From the IMG/VR virus record IMGVR_UViG_3300022689_000130, positions 64,001 through 128,000 of that record: a stretch of 64,000 bases of DNA; one strand, written 5' to 3'. Positions 58,660 to 64,000 of this stretch are shown here, one piece after another (positions within the stretch are counted from its first letter, which is position 1; every line of letters begins with the position of its first letter). Source of the DNA: a virus. The position numbers and the translations under genes were made by a program. The notes under the pieces were generated by a model. It did no database searches. It saw only the letters and a program-made list of their open reading frames with translations, and was not told where the DNA came from.

Positions 58660-59928
58660 TCACTCCACGTCTCCAAAATCTATGTTGCATAGCAAATCAG
58701 CAAGTTCAGGCAAACTACGTTTCCAGTCAAGGTCGGCAGTTTCGTCAAACATATCTAGTCGTATCTTAGCGTGTTTCATTTCATGTAGCCAGTTTTTATT
58801 GTTGCCGTCGCTTTCATACATGAAGTTAATGCAGTTCTGCATTGCATCAGCAGCACTCTTCACGTCAGCTTTGAGGAAACCATCGCGACGTTCTGTCAAC
58901 ATTTCCTTGAGTGTGTCTTTGTAATCAGGCGGAAGATGCTTAAGGCTGAACAGTGTGGGGTAGGTAACAAAGTTGGTATAGAGGGTGTAGCAATCTTCAA
59001 TCCAACGATTATCAACGCACCACTGCACAAAGTCTGGAAACTGGTGGATATTGAGAATGCTCACCGTAACACTGGGATAAATGAACAGGTTGAGGTCTGG
59101 ACATTCGAACTTGAGGAAGTTGAAGTTGTCGCGTGTCTTATCCCACTTGGCGCCAGTGCGGATATACTCAAATACATCATCCATGCCGTCAATGCTAGCC
59201 GCAACAGTGATATGGTGGAAGTGCTTCCACCACTCCACGATGTTCTTTCGCTTGTAAGTGATTGAGCTCATGTTGGTGTTATAGCTGAGGTGAACCTCTG
59301 GTGCATTGCCAATCTCAATGAGGTGCTCGAGTGTGTAATAATGTTGCTTTTCCATTAAGGGTTCGCCACCAGCCCAATACATGCGGTCTACAGTGCTGAG
59401 AAATGGCTTAATTTTGTCAAATTCGTCAGCACGTATGAATTTTTGAATGTTGCTTGTATCAGTGCCAGGGCTCTGACGCTTGATAATTTCCTTCTGCTCA
59501 TCATACCAAGTGCTACTGAGTTCATGTCCACAAGTTCGGCACTTGAGATTGCAGTGGTTGCTGAAGCGCAGATCTACATAGCTGAGGCGTATATTGTCAA
59601 TGCTACCGTCCTTATTTGTATCTGAGATTTCCTTTTCGTAACGATGCAAGTAAGCTTTGTTCATTTGCGATCGCATACTGTCCAAACCAGCACGTTCTCT
59701 GTCAAAGCAGATGCGGCAAGCATCATGTTCACCATCAGCAAGCATTGTCCGGCGCATTTCTTTCATGCCCTCGCTGTTCATGGCATCAAGAAGATTGACG
59801 CCATCACGCTTGAGATTGCTAAACTTTTTACGGTCAAGGCGATACATGTCTGTCATACAGCATGGCAAGACTTGGCCTGTTGGATACAAGTGTAAATGCA
59901 TCCATGGATAAACACATAATTTGCTCAT
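58660..59928 (-). CDS. radical SAM protein with N-terminal Twitch domain
   Basis: CVYPWMH...G.VLPCC...CRIC, then CNLKCRTC and AGGEP. Confidence 0.9.
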   Translation of the reverse strand: MSKLCVYPWMHLHLYPTGQVLPCCMTDMYRLDRKKFSNLKRDGVNLLDAMNSEGMKEMRRTMLADGEHDACRICFDRERAGLDSMRSQMNKAYLHRYEKEISDTNKDGSIDNIRLSYVDLRFSNHCNLKCRTCGHELSSTWYDEQKEIIKRQSPGTDTSNIQKFIRADEFDKIKPFLSTVDRMYWAGGEPLMEKQHYYTLEHLIEIGNAPEVHLSYNTNMSSITYKRKNIVEWWKHFHHITVAASIDGMDDVFEYIRTGAKWDKTRDNFNFLKFECPDLNLFIYPSVTVSILNIHQFPDFVQWCVDNRWIEDCYTLYTNFVTYPTLFSLKHLPPDYKDTLKEMLTERRDGFLKADVKSAADAMQNCINFMYESDGNNKNWLHEMKHAKIRLDMFDETADLDWKRSLPELADLLCNIDFGDVE

Positions 59929-59952
59929 GGGGTTCCTAACATTTGTTGCGTC

Positions 59953-59980
59953 TATTTAGTGCTGACTTAATTACTAAATA
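59953..59980. promoter_or_regulatory. back-to-back late promoters
   Basis: TATTTAGT...ACTAAATA inverted repeat between divergent genes. Confidence 0.7.
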
Positions 59981-59985
59981 TGAAT

Positions 59986-60747
59986 ATGACTAAAAATTGG
60001 ATCGTGGCCTTCGGAGACAGCTTTACTTATGGTGACGAGCTGCCAGATGATGATCTGGCAATAGAAAACCATCATTTACGCAAGACACTCACATTAGCTC
60101 GCTCATATACCCGCTACGCAAACATTCCTCATCAGTTATTTGATCAACGCAATGAGCATATTCGTCTCATGTGGCGCAACGACGGGCTTGATTATCAAGG
60201 CTTGTGTAATAGCTATTCTTACATAAACCGCGCATGTGTGCAAGAAAGAATCGGCTGCCGAAACCTAGCAGCACCTGGTCGCAGTTTTGAACACATACTG
60301 ATTGATTTGATCAAGTATTTTGAGTTCAATGAACCTAGTGGAGAATTGTTCGTGATTGGCACAGGACTTACACGCCGCCACACTGTTTTCAACGAGGGAA
60401 CAGACGAGTATCAAAGCATCAATTATCGTTTCATGTTTGACTTATACAATAACGCAGCCAACATCGACAAAATTGATGACGAGTTCATTAACTATATGGT
60501 TGAATATACCAACAATACCAAATACCATGAATATATGCATGATGCAGTGACAGGTGAAATCAAAAACTTGCTGGAGCGCAAAGGTCGTCCATACTATCTT
60601 TTTGATGTCAAGAAACGTCTAGATCAGATTACCGATGAACACAAATTGGATCGTTGTGCATTTGGTCATAATGATAAGCAGGCGCATGTTATCTTAGCTG
60701 AAGAAATGATACCAATCATTCAAGAGTTGAGGGCACAAGACAAATGA
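59986..60747 (+). CDS. SGNH/GDSL hydrolase-like protein
   Basis: AFGDSFTYG block I, NLAAPGRS, C-terminal GH....AH; start may alternatively be 59980. Confidence 0.65.
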   Translation: MTKNWIVAFGDSFTYGDELPDDDLAIENHHLRKTLTLARSYTRYANIPHQLFDQRNEHIRLMWRNDGLDYQGLCNSYSYINRACVQERIGCRNLAAPGRSFEHILIDLIKYFEFNEPSGELFVIGTGLTRRHTVFNEGTDEYQSINYRFMFDLYNNAANIDKIDDEFINYMVEYTNNTKYHEYMHDAVTGEIKNLLERKGRPYYLFDVKKRLDQITDEHKLDRCAFGHNDKQAHVILAEEMIPIIQELRAQDK

Positions 60748-61262
60748 TTATACCTGAATACGTCTATCTTTATGGTAATCACAATCCATTTTCAGCAGAG
60801 CAGTTGGAACGATATCCTATTATTGATAGGACTCGCAGCGATCGCATTTCATTATTTCAAATAATTGATGATGTAGAACGTTATAACTACACGGAATATG
60901 ATCTGTTGGTAGTGCTTGACCCAGGATGGCAGTCTGTTGGATTGCATCCTCCAAGGTCTATTCAATATCAAAGAGAACAGTTTGCCAAATTGGGGAGCAA
61001 CCATGTAACCAATGATGACACTGTTTTAGTACTACAGCATTTGTGTGCATTGCGCCGCCTTCGCCGAAACTTTTCACGTGATCAATTACACATACATACA
61101 GACGAAAGTTATCGTGATGTATTAGAAGCCGCTGACTATCCCAAAGACAAGCAGATAGTATCAACCTATTGCGCATATGAATTGTGTAATGTTACTGACA
61201 GTCGAACGCTTGAGCAATTGGATAATGATTTGAATCATAAATTGGGAATGTTGACACGATGA
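60744..61262 (+). CDS. hypothetical protein
   Basis: ATGA-coupled on both sides. Confidence 0.65.
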   Translation: MIIPEYVYLYGNHNPFSAEQLERYPIIDRTRSDRISLFQIIDDVERYNYTEYDLLVVLDPGWQSVGLHPPRSIQYQREQFAKLGSNHVTNDDTVLVLQHLCALRRLRRNFSRDQLHIHTDESYRDVLEAADYPKDKQIVSTYCAYELCNVTDSRTLEQLDNDLNHKLGMLTR

Positions 61263-61993
61263 AGATACAATTGATTGCTCATGCCCGTAGTGGTTCAACC
61301 TATGTATATGAGATATTGCACAATACCCTTGAAGTAAGAAAACCCGGCATGTTTATGGTAAATGAACCATTTAATATGCCGCATTTGTCGCAAATCAAAA
61401 TAAGTCCAAATGAAAAGGACTTTTTGTTACAACAACAGTTGGAAAAATGTGTTAAGTTGCCTTATGTATTTCAAAAATCACACATACAACATTATAGGTT
61501 TTTGAGTGCGGCGCAAATGGAATTATTCAAAAGCGTGGAATGGTATAATATATTTCTCTACCGCAGAGATCTATTCGAAAGCACAATGAGTCAAGTAATT
61601 AGCGACAAGACTAACATGTGGATTCGTTATAATGAGTTGCCTAACAAACCAATTATCACGTCCAGGGAATTTGCTCGTATTCTCAAAGTGCAAATTGAAG
61701 CTAGAGAAGAATTGTTTGCAATGAAAAACGTACGGCCAGATGAAATCTTGATATACGAAGATCTTACCTTTAATCAAAAAAAGGACTACAGCAAGATTGA
61801 ACTGAGCAAAGAGATAGGGCGCTATGCTAAAGGAGATCCCATCGTTCAAAAAGCACCACCCAAAGATGAATTGGTAGAAAACTATGACCAATTATTGGAC
61901 CAGTATTACAAAATCATCAAAGGCAAGACGTTTGAAAATTTTGACTTGGACGGCAAAATGATTACAGCAACCCGCTTAGAGGAGACCAAATGA
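61259..61993 (+). CDS. sulfotransferase (Stf0-like P-loop)
   Basis: HARSGSTY 5'-PSB loop, NEPF, LYRRD..E...S, IYEDL and ENYD motifs. Confidence 0.75.
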   Translation: MKIQLIAHARSGSTYVYEILHNTLEVRKPGMFMVNEPFNMPHLSQIKISPNEKDFLLQQQLEKCVKLPYVFQKSHIQHYRFLSAAQMELFKSVEWYNIFLYRRDLFESTMSQVISDKTNMWIRYNELPNKPIITSREFARILKVQIEAREELFAMKNVRPDEILIYEDLTFNQKKDYSKIELSKEIGRYAKGDPIVQKAPPKDELVENYDQLLDQYYKIIKGKTFENFDLDGKMITATRLEETK

Positions 61994-62241
61994 ACATTTG
62001 GGGTGTGAGTGCGATGAGCCACGACGCAGCTCTTGCAGTATACCAAAACAACAAGATTGTCTACGCAAGCCATGGCGAGCGTTACAGTAGGATCAAGAAT
62101 GACCGCAACCTGCATCCAGATCAGCTCGCCGAGGCGATGCAGTATGGTCGGCCTGAGCGCATATTCTTCTACGAAAACACAACAAAAAAGAAGATACGGC
62201 AAGCAATTTGCATTCCAGGCATTGTGGATTTTCTCAAATGA
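61990..62241 (+). pseudogene. truncated carbamoyltransferase (N-terminal about 70 aa only)
   Basis: WGVSAMSHDAALAV...ERYSRIKND closely matches the full gene at 63092, then diverges and stops. Confidence 0.85.
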
Positions 62242-62828
62242 GAGCTAATTTAAAAGAACACTTTGACACTATCTACAAAAACAAATCGTGGGTCCTAGAG
62301 GAAGGTGATCCGCTAAGTGGCCCAGGCAGTCGCCCAGACTACTGCAAACCGTTTGTTGATTGGTTTTGCTCATACGTCGCTGATAACAACGTGACACGCA
62401 TGGTGGATTACGGATGTGGTGACGGAGCGATGTGGTATCGCTTTCCAGAGATTGACTACGTTGGAATAGATGTGTCGCAAGTGGCTCTTGATGCAGCATC
62501 AGCCAGGCATCCAGGAAAGAAATATCAACTGTTGTCTGAGCCAATTCTGTCTGCTGAATTAGTTCTGATTAAGGACGTGATGATCCATTTGTCTGATGAT
62601 GAAATACGAGGCTGGATTGATACAGTGTCAACCAAATTTGACACTGTTGTCATTGTTGAGCGTGACATGAACAATGCCGCTGACAGATCGTTTAGGCAAT
62701 ATGACCGCCATGAATATTTGTCATATTGGGGATATTGTCCGATAGATATCACCCGCTTTTATCAGGATTATGAAAGAGTTGACTTACCAGAATTGGTAGC
62801 AGACGTGTTCATTATCAATCGTAAATGA
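62238..62828 (+). CDS. class I SAM-dependent methyltransferase
   Basis: F..IY....W....SGPGS, VDYGCGDG, YVGIDVS and KDVMIHL motifs. Confidence 0.85.
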   Translation: MRANLKEHFDTIYKNKSWVLEEGDPLSGPGSRPDYCKPFVDWFCSYVADNNVTRMVDYGCGDGAMWYRFPEIDYVGIDVSQVALDAASARHPGKKYQLLSEPILSAELVLIKDVMIHLSDDEIRGWIDTVSTKFDTVVIVERDMNNAADRSFRQYDRHEYLSYWGYCPIDITRFYQDYERVDLPELVADVFIINRK

Positions 62829-62848
62829 ACGGGTCCTTTTTCTTGATC

Positions 62849-63025
62849 TTACGGAATCGCCTCCAATTGCGTAGCTGTTTGATCTTTTCTCTCAGTATAC
62901 ATTATGTTGATATTTGCGAACGTGTCTCGGTTCACCTTTGCATCATCCATCATACAGCATGGAAGAACTCTTCCTGTTGGGTGTAGGTGGATATGCATCC
63001 ATGGATAAGCGCAGAGCTTTGACAT
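62849..63025 (-). pseudogene. truncated radical SAM gene (Twitch N-terminus only; not in the ORF track)
   Basis: My translation MSKLCAYPWMHIHLHPTGRVLPCCMMD... versus MSKLCVYPWMHLHLYPTGQVLPCCMTD at 59928. Confidence 0.85.
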
Positions 63026-63091
63026 TATTGGTTCCTTTTGCTATATTTGTGAGTTAAGTTAGTAGATAAATATTGAGACACAACGGAGAAC

Positions 63092-64000
63092 ATGATGATA
63101 CAATGGGGCGTCTCAGCCATGAGCCACGATGCTGCACTAGCAGTGGTTCAAGATGCCAAGCTAGTTTATGCAAGCCACAGTGAACGTTACAGCCGGATCA
63201 AAAACGACAAAAATCTCCACACAGATCAAATCAAAGAGGCGCTTGCTTATGGTGAGCCAGATGAGGTTCTGTTCTACGAAAACACCACGCTTAAAAAGCT
63301 ACGGCAACTAACAGCACAGCAGTTCAAACTATTGCTCAAGCAGGGGCCACGCTCTTACATGCGAGGCCTAGGCATCTGTGCACCGGTTAGGCTGACCGGC
63401 CATCATGAAAGCCATGCAGCTTATGGTGCTCACACAAGCGGTCTTGACGAAGCAGACGTGATTGTGATTGACAGCATAGGTGAGTTTGAGACGCTCACAA
63501 TATGGGCATACCGCAGCGATTACGGGCTGACAAAGATTGCTCGACAGACCTACCCCCATAGCGTAGGATTGTGGTATAGCGCGATGACCCAACGTCTCGG
63601 CCTTAAACCGCAAGAGCACGAATACATTCTTATGGGTATGGCGGCGCTAGGCGACCCCAATCGTTTCTACAACGAAATCAAGCAGGATTTCTTCACAGCG
63701 TTTCCAGGTATCAACAGCCCTGTGGTGACCTTCAAAGAGAACCTCCACCGTGGCTGTCTCTGGTGGCGCCCAGACATCGTCAGCATCAACGACTACGTTG
63801 ACGTAGCAGCCGCCGTCCAACGCATCTACGAGGAGATTCTCGTAGGGGTCTTGCGCTGGGCTAGCCACCGCTCTTACTCAAACAACGTCGTGCTGGTCGG
63901 CGGTTGTGCGCTCAACTGCGTCGCCAACACGCTTGCCTACCGTTACTACCGCCGTGTCTGGGTCCCACCCAACCCTGGTGATGCCGGTAGCAGCGTGGGC
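63092..64000 (+). CDS. carbamoyltransferase (NodU/CmcH/TobZ family), partial at the window edge
   Basis: Open frame to the window end: SHDAA, ERYSRIK, HHESHAA, IDSIGE, EYILMGMAALG, GGCALNCVAN, PGDAGSSVG; late promoter at 63066-63072. Confidence 0.92.
   Translation, partial: MMIQWGVSAMSHDAALAVVQDAKLVYASHSERYSRIKNDKNLHTDQIKEALAYGEPDEVLFYENTTLKKLRQLTAQQFKLLLKQGPRSYMRGLGICAPVRLTGHHESHAAYGAHTSGLDEADVIVIDSIGEFETLTIWAYRSDYGLTKIARQTYPHSVGLWYSAMTQRLGLKPQEHEYILMGMAALGDPNRFYNEIKQDFFTAFPGINSPVVTFKENLHRGCLWWRPDIVSINDYVDVAAAVQRIYEEILVGVLRWASHRSYSNNVVLVGGCALNCVANTLAYRYYRRVWVPPNPGDAGSSVG

Noticed and set aside
51449-59928. RiPP (peptide-modifying) interpretation of the radical SAM cluster
   Set aside because: No precursor peptide, RRE/PqqD domain, protease or transporter is evident, and the neighbours are glycan-tailoring enzymes; disfavoured but not excluded.
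63368-63868. Minus-strand ORFs of 83 and 73 aa
   Set aside because: Antisense to the carbamoyltransferase, which the ORF track missed because it runs off the window.
1-64000. Stop-codon reassignment, introns/inteins in core genes, tRNAs, DGR or invertase-type fibre switching
   Set aside because: Core genes are intact in code 11 with normal lengths; I recognised no tRNA, reverse transcriptase, recombinase or template/variable repeat pair by eye.

Overview
This is a 64-kb segment of a large T4-superfamily (myovirus-type) dsDNA phage genome in the standard genetic code. All gene identities come from recognising motifs and T4-like synteny by eye; no searches were run. From left to right: (i) small early genes behind a repeated sigma70-type promoter/RBS cassette; (ii) neck and tail-completion genes (gp13/14/15-like) with GNAT-like, cysteine-hydrolase and Nudix genes and a decayed homing-endonuclease remnant; (iii) the head module on the minus strand (gp23, gp22, gp21, acidic core protein, gp20) and a tape-measure-like gene; (iv) gp26/gp51-like genes, then about 550 nt of non-coding, highly structured sequence; (v) a Holliday-junction resolvase, gp46/gp47 and the late sigma factor gp55; (vi) the baseplate and fibre module, including a gp5-like spike with a peptidase M15 domain, gp25, gp6 and a 3582-aa wedge protein; (vii) a >16-kb tailoring-enzyme island with about 4 glycosyltransferase-like genes, 6 radical SAM genes, SGNH-like, sulfotransferase, methyltransferase and carbamoyltransferase genes, plus truncated duplicates. 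The most notable observations are a candidate large, pseudoknotted minus-strand ncRNA or origin element at about 16.45-16.96 kb, the radical-SAM/glycan-tailoring island, palindromic bidirectional late promoters with leaderless late genes, and possible short docking motifs in the giant baseplate protein.
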